DNA from: Porphyridium purpureum
Lineage: Eukaryota
Direction of reading: 5' to 3'
Assembly: GCA_008690995.1 (NCBI GenBank)
Contig: VRMN01000034.1
Location: forward strand, 1-41,429
DNA length: 41,429 bases
Made by a program: the position numbers and the translations under genes. The notes under the pieces were generated by a model. It saw nothing but the letters and a program-made list of their open reading frames with translations. It had not been told where the DNA came from and did not search any database. Numbering within the stretch: the first letter of the stretch is position 1; every line of letters begins with the position of its first letter. This document shows positions 9,443 to 19,680 of the stretch, piece by piece.

Positions 9443-11791
9443 CTAGGTTGTTTCCGTGTCTGTTTCGCTTGGCTTTGAAGTTGTGTTTGTGTTTGGAAGC
9501 ATGCTCACGTCGTCGGCAGAGTGAGGATCTGCTTGGTGACTCAGAAGCGCCCTAAGCTGCGCCACTTTCTGGTCCAGTTTTGTAAAGCCTTCGATCTTGT
9601 ATTCCGCATCTTTCAACTCACGCTCGAGGCTCGCGCGCCACGGCGCGCCGACGGGAGCATCTGCCATTTGGTCGAGCAACTTTTCGTAGTGCGCGCGCAT
9701 GTCAGGCATACTGCACAAATGCAGCTCCATCTGGCTCAGAATCTCTGCGGCGAGAGACACGTTCATAGCGCCTTGCGCAACCGCATTGGTCACGACCGAG
9801 CCAAGCGCGGAGAACACGACCACATCCAGCGACCCGCCGTGCTTCGTTTGAAGAGCGTGGAACTGCGCAATTGCTTCCTCCGCACGCGGCGGCTGTGCCA
9901 TACCAAGCGCGTACATGTAAGCCGTCGATACCTCCATGCTCAGCGCATCCTGTTCCACACATCTGGAGTAAACCTCATCGCAGAGGTCCAGCCGGCCCAG
10001 CCGGCTAAAAGTTTCAACAAGTTTGGCTGCCGCGCCGGCCTTTGCGTCAAGAGCATGTGATGCGGTATCCGGAACCTTCACCATGGCCCCGCTCAAGGCT
10101 GTTGAAGGCGCTTCTTGTTTTCCAAGCTCGCTTTCACCGGACGGGACCGCGCGGTCATGCTGCTGCTCCCCGTCAAGGCTCGTCATGCTCGTAGGGTGTG
10201 GTTCGTGCGGATGAATCTCAATGCGCGCACTCTCATCGCCACTGCCGCCACACGTGGGCTGCGTGCTTGACCCAAACAGCATGTGCAGCAAGTCGACAAC
10301 GCGCGCGCTGTGCGCGCACTGCTCGGCTAGAGCGTCGTACGCAAAGGCATGCATCATGCCCATATTTGGTGCGTACTGTGTGTGACACAAGTTGGCAATT
10401 CGCAACGCGTCGTCAAGCCGCCCACCCGCAGCCGCTAGGTAGACGACGTAGCTGGCTGAGATGCTGTCATCGTACAGAAAGACGGCAAGGGCAGCCTCAG
10501 CGGCATGCGTCGCATCAAGCCGCTGCGGTTGCTCGCTCACGGCACAGTACAGGTGTTTGAGGTACGCACGCAGCAGCCGCATCGCTTCGCGTTCATCCGA
10601 GCCAAGCAACTGCAGTCGCATAGCGCGAGCAAGCTCGTGCGCAAGAGGCAGTAGCTCGTCATCAGCGCCTCGCCGCACACACTCTGGTATGTAATGCTGC
10701 ACATGCCGCTGCTGTAGCCGGTAGCCAAATGTCTCGTATATTAAGCGCATGTGCTCGCGCGCCGCCTCGAACTCTCCTGCGTGCACGAACGATGACAGCA
10801 GGAGGTTTGCAACGCGAGGCGATGGCAGCGTTTGTAGCACACTGAACTGATCCAAAATCCAGCGCGCTTCGTCAGCGATAGGCAGTTCCGAACCACTCGA
10901 ACACACCCAGGCACCGCAATTCAGGAGCGCGACATCCGGCTGGACCACGCTGCAAAACGGCGGTGCGCGAAGCACCTGCCACACCTGACGGGCAGACAGT
11001 GCGTCATGCACAGCAAGGAAGCCCAACAGCACTCGGGTAAAGGCGTCGGCGTCGACCTCTGCACCGTGGATGCGTAGCGAGTCGTAGAATGCATGCACCA
11101 TGAGGTCCGGGCGGCCGCACATCGAGTAGAAGCTGATGAGTGCCTTGCTCGTAATGAGCGGAAGAACAAGCGCATCACGTCGTGGGACTAGGTTGAACGC
11201 CGCTAAAACGATATTCACCTTTCGCAAGGGCTTTGCGAGAGGCATTAAATGCGAAAGAACGTGTGAATTTGGCCGAACGCCGTGAAGGCGAGCACGCCGC
11301 AACGCACGCACGGCAAAAAGCAGACGCTGTCGCGAATCCATTTCGTCTGGTGGCACCTGTCGAAGCAGACGCACACAAAAGCCCAGCGTATAACTGTCGT
11401 ATCGTGCTCGACTCGATTCCAGAGCCCGCAGCGATCCCATGACGCTCGCCTTGCCTCTCAAGGCGCTAAGAAGCACGTCATTCAGCACCCTCGTTTGCGA
11501 GCGTTCCTGTTCGAGCTTGCTATATATCGGCGACGCGGCTCTCGAGTCCGCGTTTGAGGAATATGACCGTGCTGAGCCGCAAACGCGCACATAATGCGTA
11601 GCGTCCCCTTCATTTTTGCGGTCCAATTTGATCTCAGCGGCGTTTCGTCGGCAGCAACATGCGACGACCTTCTCGCAAGTGACAGAGTTGACATGTGCGC
11701 GCCATTTCCTCCACCCGCCATACCATCGCACCGCGCTTGTTTCGTACTTGAGAATCACGTGCATGCGAGCCTGCGCATACGCGCGTAGCAT
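9443..11791 (-). CDS. PPR-like helical-repeat protein, paralog A
   Basis: 799-codon ORF with first ATG at 11791. Degenerate PPR-like helical pairs (SKALISFYSMCGRPDLMVHAFYD; NLLLSSFVHAGEFEAAREHM; STAYMYALGMAQPPRAEEAIAQF). Shares a module with 12225-14573 and 17444-19327. Confidence 0.75.
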   Translation of the reverse strand: MLRAYAQARMHVILKYETSAVRWYGGWRKWRAHVNSVTCEKVVACCCRRNAAEIKLDRKNEGDATHYVRVCGSARSYSSNADSRAASPIYSKLEQERSQTRVLNDVLLSALRGKASVMGSLRALESSRARYDSYTLGFCVRLLRQVPPDEMDSRQRLLFAVRALRRARLHGVRPNSHVLSHLMPLAKPLRKVNIVLAAFNLVPRRDALVLPLITSKALISFYSMCGRPDLMVHAFYDSLRIHGAEVDADAFTRVLLGFLAVHDALSARQVWQVLRAPPFCSVVQPDVALLNCGAWVCSSGSELPIADEARWILDQFSVLQTLPSPRVANLLLSSFVHAGEFEAAREHMRLIYETFGYRLQQRHVQHYIPECVRRGADDELLPLAHELARAMRLQLLGSDEREAMRLLRAYLKHLYCAVSEQPQRLDATHAAEAALAVFLYDDSISASYVVYLAAAGGRLDDALRIANLCHTQYAPNMGMMHAFAYDALAEQCAHSARVVDLLHMLFGSSTQPTCGGSGDESARIEIHPHEPHPTSMTSLDGEQQHDRAVPSGESELGKQEAPSTALSGAMVKVPDTASHALDAKAGAAAKLVETFSRLGRLDLCDEVYSRCVEQDALSMEVSTAYMYALGMAQPPRAEEAIAQFHALQTKHGGSLDVVVFSALGSVVTNAVAQGAMNVSLAAEILSQMELHLCSMPDMRAHYEKLLDQMADAPVGAPWRASLERELKDAEYKIEGFTKLDQKVAQLRALLSHQADPHSADDVSMLPNTNTTSKPSETDTETT

Positions 11792-12224
11792 CGTAGTCAC
11801 ACTCTTCCTTCGGCGTGACGACAAGCGCTGTGCTGAAATCAAAATAGAGGTAGCTTTGAAAGTGTGGTCGAAGAGTTGGGGACGAGCGTGAGTGCGCAGA
11901 ACACGTTTTCCTTCTTCTAGTGCAAAAATGAACTGAACGGCGTCTGTCTGGACCTGCCATGGACACAGGAAAACACCTAATCTACATTCCTGTCGAAGAC
12001 CGTTTGCAGTCGACTGTCAAATGACTAGTGCGATGGACGCATCATGCTGCACGCTGCGACTTGGAACCAAGCACACCACTTGAGTGTCGGACAGCAGTGC
12101 GTCTGGGTGGTTTGATCAGCTTGGCAAAACCCAGAAAGACCATTGGAAAGACCGCGCTCCGCTACGGCGTTCTCGCGGTGGATGGCTGACTCGCAGAGGA
12201 TGCAACCAACGAGCCCTAGTCCCG

Positions 12225-14573
12225 TTAAATATCAGGCTCGTGCGCCCGCTGTCGCTTGCGGCCACGATCGCGGATACGCGACGCTACTTGCTGAATTGAG
12301 TGAGCCATCGGTAAGTGATCACTTACCTGCCAGCGCAAGAAAAGGCGCTGTAGGCTCTCAGACGCCGCAATAGGGTCCAGCTTCCTGTGCTCCACCACTT
12401 CATCCAGTACGTGCGCATACCGATGCAAAAAGGCGGTGCGGTCTTCGTCAGTCGAGCATAAGCGCTCAGCATCCATCAGAACACGGGACAGAGACAACAG
12501 TTCCTCTGACTGTTTGGATGAGACACACTCAGAAAGGAAAAGATTGAGCGAACGCTCGTGCACCACATACTGACAACGGATGGACCAGCGCATCAGTTCT
12601 CGCGCGTCATGGAACAATCCTGCACGGATGGCGGCTGTCGTGAGCAGGTCCACTTTGCGAGCAGTTGGGGTAATACCGAGCTCCTCGTACTTGCGCACGA
12701 TCCATTTCACGTCTTCGCCTGCATCCAGCCGCCTAGACAGAATCCACGCTCCGGTATCCAGCAGGGTCGGCGTAATCTCAACAAGGCCCGGGTCCGAGTG
12801 TGGAGGCGTCCGTAGCACCTTCCACACTTCCCACGCGGCATCAAAGTTTCTTTCCTCCAGGAGCCCATTCAAAACGCGCGTGAAAGCGTCGGCGTCCGCG
12901 ACGCCGTGCACTTGCAACAACTCGTAGAATACATCCAACATGAGCTGCGGGCGCCAGCACGAGCGAAAGTGAGAAATGAGCGCCTTGTACGCGAGCAGAT
13001 TCAGCTGCTGGTGGTGTTGATGTTGAATGATGTGCTTGACCGCAAGCAAAACGTTCACCTTCCCGAGCGAGACAGCCAGCGGCGTCAAGTGCATAATTCG
13101 GTACGAGTCAAAGATTACGCCATCTCTCCGGGCACGCTGGAGCACGCGCACTGCGCACGCGAGGCGCTGGTGACGAAGCATGACGTTCATGGCTGGCATC
13201 GACCGGAACAGACGAAACAGTAGGATCAGTGACATGGTATTCAGCGGCGCCAGTGCAGCAGATTCCAGCAATTGCCGTACGCGAGGCAGATCGGCGTTCT
13301 CATCGTGAGCAACTTGGAGCTGTTCGTTCAGCATACGCGTGTCTGGATGCAAGTTGCGTCGCGCAGCACTTGGGTCGAGTCGACTGGGCGAAACGGCCAC
13401 AGCGCGTATCTCATGCAGCCGATCGAGCGGCTGCTGCTTCAACTCGACCCACTTTTTCTCAATCCAGGTGGCCTCGTCAATATCATTGGCCAACGCAGCG
13501 ACACGGGCCCCCAGCTCGAGCGCGCGTTGGTCAATCTGGACGGTGGATGCGAAGCGAGGAGAGCGCATAAGCTTCCACGTTGACATCGAGTTGCGTGCGT
13601 CCTTGCATGCCAAGTAGCCCATCATCATAAACCGGAAGACATCGGCATCAGCCGTGCGGTATATGCGGAGTAGATCAACAAATGCTTCTTCCATAAGCTT
13701 AGGGCGCTTGCAAGTCGAGAAAAGGGCAATGAGCCCGCCGTATGCGCGAGCGTCGAGTACCTCGTTGCACATATCACGAACGACCAGCGCCAAATTCACT
13801 TTGCGGGAAGGCATGGCCAAAGCCAATATATGCGACAGCGTAAAAGATGTGGCTGCGACGGAGTTCTCGCGAGCAAGTTGAAGCGCGCGCACGACAAAGC
13901 GCAGCCTTTGCCGCATCGTGGCGTCCTTCGCGCGCCTTGCTATGCGCAGGGAATAGTCAAGCGTCCAAAAATTGCAGGCGTCTCGATCTGCTTGGTTGAT
14001 TATATCCTGCGCCTTGCGAAGACTGCAATCATCGTGTAAAACCAAGTCTAGCTTGTTGTTAACAGCCAGAATTCTGTCGAGCATTTCATCTTGCTCCCAT
14101 GCGCTAAGCTCTGGTGGGCGCATGGAGAAAGCCCTCACCTGTTCCCAATGATGTGCGCCGCGCATGAGTCTACGCGTGCACAAAGGTGCGCTCAAAGTCG
14201 CACGGAAAAAAGGGGCCATCCAGAGGCACGTAGGATGAGTCACCATTGTCGCTGACGGAACGTCAATTGTAGATTGCGGCAACAAGTGTCCACGGTTCGT
14301 GTGCAGACTCGCGGTGGTCCCATGGGACTTGAGACCCTCCAAGTAACCTCGGTTTATACTTTTGGCTGACGCTTCTGTGTTGTCCGCCTGCTGCGCAGCA
14401 TGCTGCGTATGCGGCCTTGACGGGCGCTGCACGGTCGCGTACAGTGCGCCCACTTCCGCATGATGGACGGCAGAGACTCGCACGCGGAGCGCAGTACCTG
14501 TCAGACTCCATAATGCGCTCCGCCAAACGGACGGCCCTTTCGGTACGGTCGCGGCCGGATACACCAGCGCCAT
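12225..14573 (-). CDS. PPR-like helical-repeat protein, paralog B, with internally duplicated module
   Basis: 782-aa ORF with two copies of QRLxxxVRxLQxARxxxV...KVN...RPxLM...ADADxF. The true start may be ATG 14246, which gives a presequence-like N-terminus ending VRAFS. The 3' end may be spliced at a CAG|GTAAGT site at 12326. Confidence 0.75.
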   Translation of the reverse strand: MALVYPAATVPKGPSVWRSALWSLTGTALRVRVSAVHHAEVGALYATVQRPSRPHTQHAAQQADNTEASAKSINRGYLEGLKSHGTTASLHTNRGHLLPQSTIDVPSATMVTHPTCLWMAPFFRATLSAPLCTRRLMRGAHHWEQVRAFSMRPPELSAWEQDEMLDRILAVNNKLDLVLHDDCSLRKAQDIINQADRDACNFWTLDYSLRIARRAKDATMRQRLRFVVRALQLARENSVAATSFTLSHILALAMPSRKVNLALVVRDMCNEVLDARAYGGLIALFSTCKRPKLMEEAFVDLLRIYRTADADVFRFMMMGYLACKDARNSMSTWKLMRSPRFASTVQIDQRALELGARVAALANDIDEATWIEKKWVELKQQPLDRLHEIRAVAVSPSRLDPSAARRNLHPDTRMLNEQLQVAHDENADLPRVRQLLESAALAPLNTMSLILLFRLFRSMPAMNVMLRHQRLACAVRVLQRARRDGVIFDSYRIMHLTPLAVSLGKVNVLLAVKHIIQHQHHQQLNLLAYKALISHFRSCWRPQLMLDVFYELLQVHGVADADAFTRVLNGLLEERNFDAAWEVWKVLRTPPHSDPGLVEITPTLLDTGAWILSRRLDAGEDVKWIVRKYEELGITPTARKVDLLTTAAIRAGLFHDARELMRWSIRCQYVVHERSLNLFLSECVSSKQSEELLSLSRVLMDAERLCSTDEDRTAFLHRYAHVLDEVVEHRKLDPIAASESLQRLFLRWQVSDHLPMAHSIQQVASRIRDRGRKRQRAHEPDI

Positions 14574-15180
14574 GCTATGCCTTTAGCACTCTGCGGGATT
14601 CAGCCTGGAGCGGAGATTCCCAGCGTGTACCGAATTTTCCAACGCAGGGGTTTGCGGTTCTGATCAGAAGTCGCGGCAGCAGCTGATCCAGCGGACGGGA
14701 GGCGAAACAGCCAACAACACGGTATCCAATTCTGCGTCGTCTGCCCTCACGCTCTCGAACTGTGCAGCCCGCGAGTTCCTGCTGCCCGCGTCCGCGACAT
14801 GCCGCGGGCGGAAAAGTACAGTAGGACTGTACACTGAACGTGCAGGCGCACGCAGAAACGGGAACCGGGAGCGCGGAGCACAGTAATTGTTGGCGGCAAG
14901 CCAGTTGCACATGCGCGCCGCGCTGCACGCGTACGCGTCTTGCTCACGCTAGCAGCAAATCTCTCGCGGTCTTTCCTTCCTATTTTTATTTCCTGGGTTT
15001 TCCCCCACTGAGATCCGGCACAAGACCAGCGCGCATCCTGTAATCTTATCCGCGTGTTCGGCACGCGGCCACGGACACAATAAAGGCCAAACAGCGTTGG
15101 TTGGAGTGGTGCCCTTTCAGCAGGAAGGACACCATCCGACGCAAAAAGATCAACAATTTTTCCAATGCAACGGAAAAAGG

Positions 15181-16875
15181 CTAGGCGTCCTTGGCCTTTT
15201 GAGACATGGACGAGCGCTTTCGCGCTGACAAAAGGCGCACGGCGATGGCAAACGCGACGATAGGAGCCAGACCCGCCAACAGCAGCAGCAGATACACATC
15301 CGCAAACGATTGCTGAGTAAAAGACTGCGAGACCTCCGCGAGCTGAAGATGCGAGCTTCCCACAAGAAGTTCCTCCTCCATCACGTCCGCGCCTCGGGAA
15401 ACGCCGTATTGGGGTAGCGAGTTGAGCTGGTACAGCCGGCGCACAGCCGCGGCGACTTCATCGCTGGATGAAATCGCCTCTAATTTGGCAGCCACTTCGG
15501 CAGCTGTAAAGCTGTGGCGATACAGTCGCTCGGCGACACCCAGCTCCACCAGGCGCCACGCATTGCTTGGCTGGTCGCCAAATGCAGGAAGTACTAGCAT
15601 GGGCACGAGGCTCATCACACTCTCACCAATGGACGCAAGACCGCCATGGGTCACAAATGCTAGCGTGTTCCGGTGTGCGAGTACCATGCGCTGATTGAAC
15701 CACGGCTCAAAGCGCACTCGCTCAAGAACATCGGCGCCAAGCGCACTCGTGTCCCAAGCAGCATCATTGCGCTTGGAGACGAGGATCTTGGCGCTAGGGC
15801 CTTTTCGCTGGGCAAATGCAGCACAGCCACGCATCAACTCGGCAAAGCGGTGCTGAGGCACGCGCGCCAGTGAGCCGAGAGCAACAAGCACCACGCCATC
15901 TGACGCCGCGTCTAGCCATTCCCACAGCGCCTGGTCATCTGGTGACATGGCGCCCGACTCGCACGGCCGTTCCCAACGCGAAGCCAAAAACCCAATCAAG
16001 TGCGTCGTCGGCAGAAGCTTTCGCACGGGATCAAAGCCAATGGGGATGGGGGATACAACCCGCCTTCCCAGGATGTTGGTGAGAGGATCCATGTATTGAG
16101 GCAAGCCGACACGAGCCCGTGCCTCATTCAAGCGAGTTGTACCCGCCGCCGTGGCCATGATCATGCGCGGCAGCATTGTTGCTCTCTTCAGGCGGCCGAT
16201 GAACGACAGATGTTCCGCCATCGACACGTCCAGAAACGAGTTTGGAGTCGCCCTGGCTGCCTCATAGTCACCCAAGGACCCAAGTGGACAGGCGACCTGC
16301 ACTACGTACTTGATCTCTTGTGCATGCGCGTAGTCGATCGTTCCCGTCGAAAAAAACGTCGTCACGATGAGGTCCGGAACACCAGTCTTTTCCAAGATGG
16401 ACTTGAGGGAGGTGATTGTCGCTTCATACTGGAATGCAGTACTCTCGACGATCTTTCCAAACACTCGGAGGTAGTCCTGGTCGTTGTCCGTTTCCGACAG
16501 CTGGCCCGTAAGTTCGCTAATCGACCGCTGCGGATTATTGGACAGATTATCGGCCACTTCATACGTCTCGAATCCGTTTCGCTGTGCCATACTTACAAAG
16601 CGGCCCGGAAGCGCAAAGCGACAAGTATGGCCACGCTCCCGAAGCTCCTTGGCGTACGCGACAAAGTAATTGATCTCTGTCGCTGTGTCGAAATCGGATA
16701 CAAATAATACATCACTTGGCGCCGGCCGCGTGAGAGGCGCTTCAATGGAGCTCGCCGCCGCGCGAATGCGCACCACGGCCGCGAGCACTACCACTTTCAG
16801 TAGCAGCCGCAAGCGTGATGGGGCACGGGTGGCGTGCGCGCCAGCCGCTGCCGCAGCTGCCGGACTAGCTAACAT
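15181..16875 (-). CDS. UDP-glycosyltransferase (GT1/UDPGT family), type I membrane protein
   Basis: Signature WFNQRMVLAHRNTLAFVTHGGLASIGESVMSLVPMLVLPAFGDQ. N-terminal hydrophobic signal, C-terminal TM and KAKDA (KxKxx) tail. ATG at 16875. Confidence 0.92.
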   Translation of the reverse strand: MLASPAAAAAAGAHATRAPSRLRLLLKVVVLAAVVRIRAAASSIEAPLTRPAPSDVLFVSDFDTATEINYFVAYAKELRERGHTCRFALPGRFVSMAQRNGFETYEVADNLSNNPQRSISELTGQLSETDNDQDYLRVFGKIVESTAFQYEATITSLKSILEKTGVPDLIVTTFFSTGTIDYAHAQEIKYVVQVACPLGSLGDYEAARATPNSFLDVSMAEHLSFIGRLKRATMLPRMIMATAAGTTRLNEARARVGLPQYMDPLTNILGRRVVSPIPIGFDPVRKLLPTTHLIGFLASRWERPCESGAMSPDDQALWEWLDAASDGVVLVALGSLARVPQHRFAELMRGCAAFAQRKGPSAKILVSKRNDAAWDTSALGADVLERVRFEPWFNQRMVLAHRNTLAFVTHGGLASIGESVMSLVPMLVLPAFGDQPSNAWRLVELGVAERLYRHSFTAAEVAAKLEAISSSDEVAAAVRRLYQLNSLPQYGVSRGADVMEEELLVGSSHLQLAEVSQSFTQQSFADVYLLLLLAGLAPIVAFAIAVRLLSARKRSSMSQKAKDA

Positions 16876-17443
16876 GCCGAATGAATGCTCACCACCACTC
16901 AGCACCTTGCGAGGTCCCTTGACGAAATCCAACACGGAAGTCGTGAGACGATTTTTCGCACGCAGGGGAGGCTAAAAGAGCGACCTGGAGCGCAGCGCCC
17001 TTTCCAAGGTTTGCTACGCCACTCCAAACCACGCTCCGTGTGCAGCTTGGCGGCTAAATACTCGCCGCCCATGCGCGAGCCGCGGCCCGATTCAGTCCCT
17101 TTCTCATAGCAACCGCGAACATCCGATTCGCGCAGTGCGCGCGAGACGGCTGGAGATTTTCCATAGGCGCAGACGCCCAATTTTGCCGCTGGCGACACAC
17201 GCCATGTCAGGCCATGCACGCGCGGCCCCGTGTGAAAACAGCTCGCGAAGGCGATTCGCCGGTGATCCGGTCGATCGGTGATTTGTGCGCCCAATCAAGT
17301 CGCTGAACCATCAGGTTGCGCCACGTAACGCTCGCCACGTAACGCTCGCAAGCTGTACTGTAAACGCTGTACGGTACAGTCGAACGCTGCACCGCGCGTC
17401 GCGCCGCGCGCGTGGAAGCGGCTGGACTGCGCGCAAGCGGGGA

Positions 17444-19327
17444 TTACGCGGCAGCCACTTTGCTTGAGAGAAGCGCGCGGATGGCGTCCGCTTTCCGCTG
17501 CAGCTTGTCCACGTGCTTGGCTCGTCTCCGCGCACGGAATAGTTCCATCTGCACCAAGGGATTGTGCGCTTCGGCGCTCGCGCGCTCGCGCAGAGCGTCG
17601 AGTCCGGCTCGTCGCGTCGCGGCGTCTGGAATGTTGCTCAAGTACCCGTCGATGTACTTGAGCAGCTGCGTCATGATGTCCACCGAAAGACGGTCCTCCC
17701 GTCCGTTCACCAGCACGACGGACGCAAGCGCAGAGTACGTGATGCCGTCTTTGGGTCGTCCGTGGGCTTCATGCATGCGTTTCAGAGTCACAATCGCTTC
17801 TGCGGGGCGCGATGCCATGCCCAGAACATACATGTAAGATGTCATCACGTGCGGGTTCAACTTGTACAAACGCACGTATTTCTCATACAGTGCTGTGCAT
17901 AGGTCGAGTCGATGCAGCCGGCCAAGCTCATGCATAAACAAAACGGTGAGTTTCACGCGAAGACTCGCGTCGGTCTTTTCCTTGTGGCTTTCCCTGAAAA
18001 TCAGGCGCATCGGAAACTTTGCGAGCGTGTTTCGTTTGATCTCTCTCTGTACACAACGTCGCACAAACGTTTTGTACGCAAACGTGTGAAGCATACCTTG
18101 CTTTCCAAACTTCATGTGGTGAATGTCGGCCGTGCGGACGGCATATTCTAAATTATTTCCAAGTGTATTCATGTACATGATGGCACTTGTCGTCGACTTG
18201 TCTTCCACCAAGCGCGGCCAACGGCTGAAAACTTCTTTCCCCGCAGAAGCGGCAGCCTTGGGCTCCAGTGCCCCCTTGATGACGCCCATGTAAATTGCGT
18301 CAATGATGGCATGCAGTATATCCAAACGCTGCTCATCAGATGAAGCGAACCTCCCGGGCTCACACATACTCAAGGTAATTGCTAGCTTCGGGAGATCGCG
18401 CAAGTCCATGTCGCGCACACAGGTGGCAACAAACTGGCGAACGATCCATGCATGTATTCTGTACTGTAGACTCTGCATCCTCTGCAAACAGCTCAGTGCG
18501 CGATCCCAATGAGTTCGCCTGATGAATGCGGAAGCAAGATTGTGGAGCGCATCATTGGTCGGCACGAACCTCACGCGCCGTCGTGCCTTTTCCCGATACA
18601 TATCTGCAATGTATTCCGTGATATCATACAACCCGTCGGTCACTGTTGTTTCCCTGCACATGCGCGCACCTAGCTCGAGCTTGCCGGAATTCATTTGAAT
18701 GCGTTGGAGAAAGGGTTCGTTCCGCATCATCTTCCAGACTTCCATGGCCGCATCGGGCTCTTCGTTCTTCAGGTAGCCTTCGAGGAGGTGTGAAAAGGCA
18801 TCTGAGTCTACGCTGTCATGCCCATGCACGAGCACCAGCTCATCGAACGCGGCCCGCATCCACTTTGTACGATGCATGGCGGCAAACTGCTTGATGAGCA
18901 ACTTCATCTCGAGTGCACTCACCACCGAATATTCGGGCTGTTTCTGGATCAGATTCTTCACAGCAACCGAAATATTGACCTTGCCGGCTCGCAGCGCAAC
19001 AGGCACCAAGTGCTTTAGCACGATGGCATGAAAGCCGACACCGTCCCTGCGCGCGTTTTGAAGCGCGCGCACCATAAAGGGCAAGGTACGGCGCGCGTCA
19101 TCCAGAGACGCGTTGCTCGCCGCGCGCATCAGAAACAGCAGCGTCCAATAGTCATACTTTGTCCCATGAGCTGCATCCAATACTTTCTGCGCGTCCTCAG
19201 GTCCAGCTTTACGGTGCTGCAACGCAAACTCGAGCTGCGTATTGAGAGACTCGGTGCTTCCCTCCTGGCGTACCGGCCGCGCGGCGCCTTGCGCACTCAG
19301 CACCAGGCTCGGTGCCGGCCGACTCAC
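17444..19327 (-). CDS. PPR-like helical-repeat protein, paralog C (5' end unresolved, probably ATG 19553)
   Basis: 627-codon frame with the shared module (YDYWTL...MVRALQNARRDGV...GKVN...VDSDAF) and TSYMYVLGMASRPAEA, which matches paralog A. No ATG at the frame start. Confidence 0.75.
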   Translation of the reverse strand: MSRPAPSLVLSAQGAARPVRQEGSTESLNTQLEFALQHRKAGPEDAQKVLDAAHGTKYDYWTLLFLMRAASNASLDDARRTLPFMVRALQNARRDGVGFHAIVLKHLVPVALRAGKVNISVAVKNLIQKQPEYSVVSALEMKLLIKQFAAMHRTKWMRAAFDELVLVHGHDSVDSDAFSHLLEGYLKNEEPDAAMEVWKMMRNEPFLQRIQMNSGKLELGARMCRETTVTDGLYDITEYIADMYREKARRRVRFVPTNDALHNLASAFIRRTHWDRALSCLQRMQSLQYRIHAWIVRQFVATCVRDMDLRDLPKLAITLSMCEPGRFASSDEQRLDILHAIIDAIYMGVIKGALEPKAAASAGKEVFSRWPRLVEDKSTTSAIMYMNTLGNNLEYAVRTADIHHMKFGKQGMLHTFAYKTFVRRCVQREIKRNTLAKFPMRLIFRESHKEKTDASLRVKLTVLFMHELGRLHRLDLCTALYEKYVRLYKLNPHVMTSYMYVLGMASRPAEAIVTLKRMHEAHGRPKDGITYSALASVVLVNGREDRLSVDIMTQLLKYIDGYLSNIPDAATRRAGLDALRERASAEAHNPLVQMELFRARRRAKHVDKLQRKADAIRALLSSKVAAA

Positions 19328-19663
19328 GAGGCGGCGGAACCGTCCAGATGTACACAGACCGCGCTCGCACGCTCAGGATACCGAGGTCACGGGCTCCGGA
19401 CGCGGACATGCCGCTGCCGCTCCATAGTAGCCCATTCAGCAGCCCAGGAAGCCCAGAGGTGCTGCTGCCGCCGCATGTCCCAACCCTGCTCCGCGGAGAC
19501 GGCTCGCAGAGCCGCGATAGTGAAAGGCCGAGGCGCACGCCCGAGCGCGCCATGAAACGTGTTTTGGCTGCGGCCGCCGCGAGCCGAAAACAGGGCCCTT
19601 CGATCAGACCGATGCTTCCTTCGATCGTGTGTGCCAGTACCGCGTGGCACCGCGTTGCACGTT

Positions 19664-19680
19664 CACACACACACACACAC
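19664..19680. repeat. (CA)n microsatellite
   Basis: cacacacacacacacac run. Confidence 0.9.

Noticed and set aside
12321..12340. ACTTACCTG on the plus strand as the start of a U1 snRNA gene
   Set aside because: It lies antisense within a coding region, no U1 stem-loops or Sm site are evident, and it is explained as the complement of a donor site.
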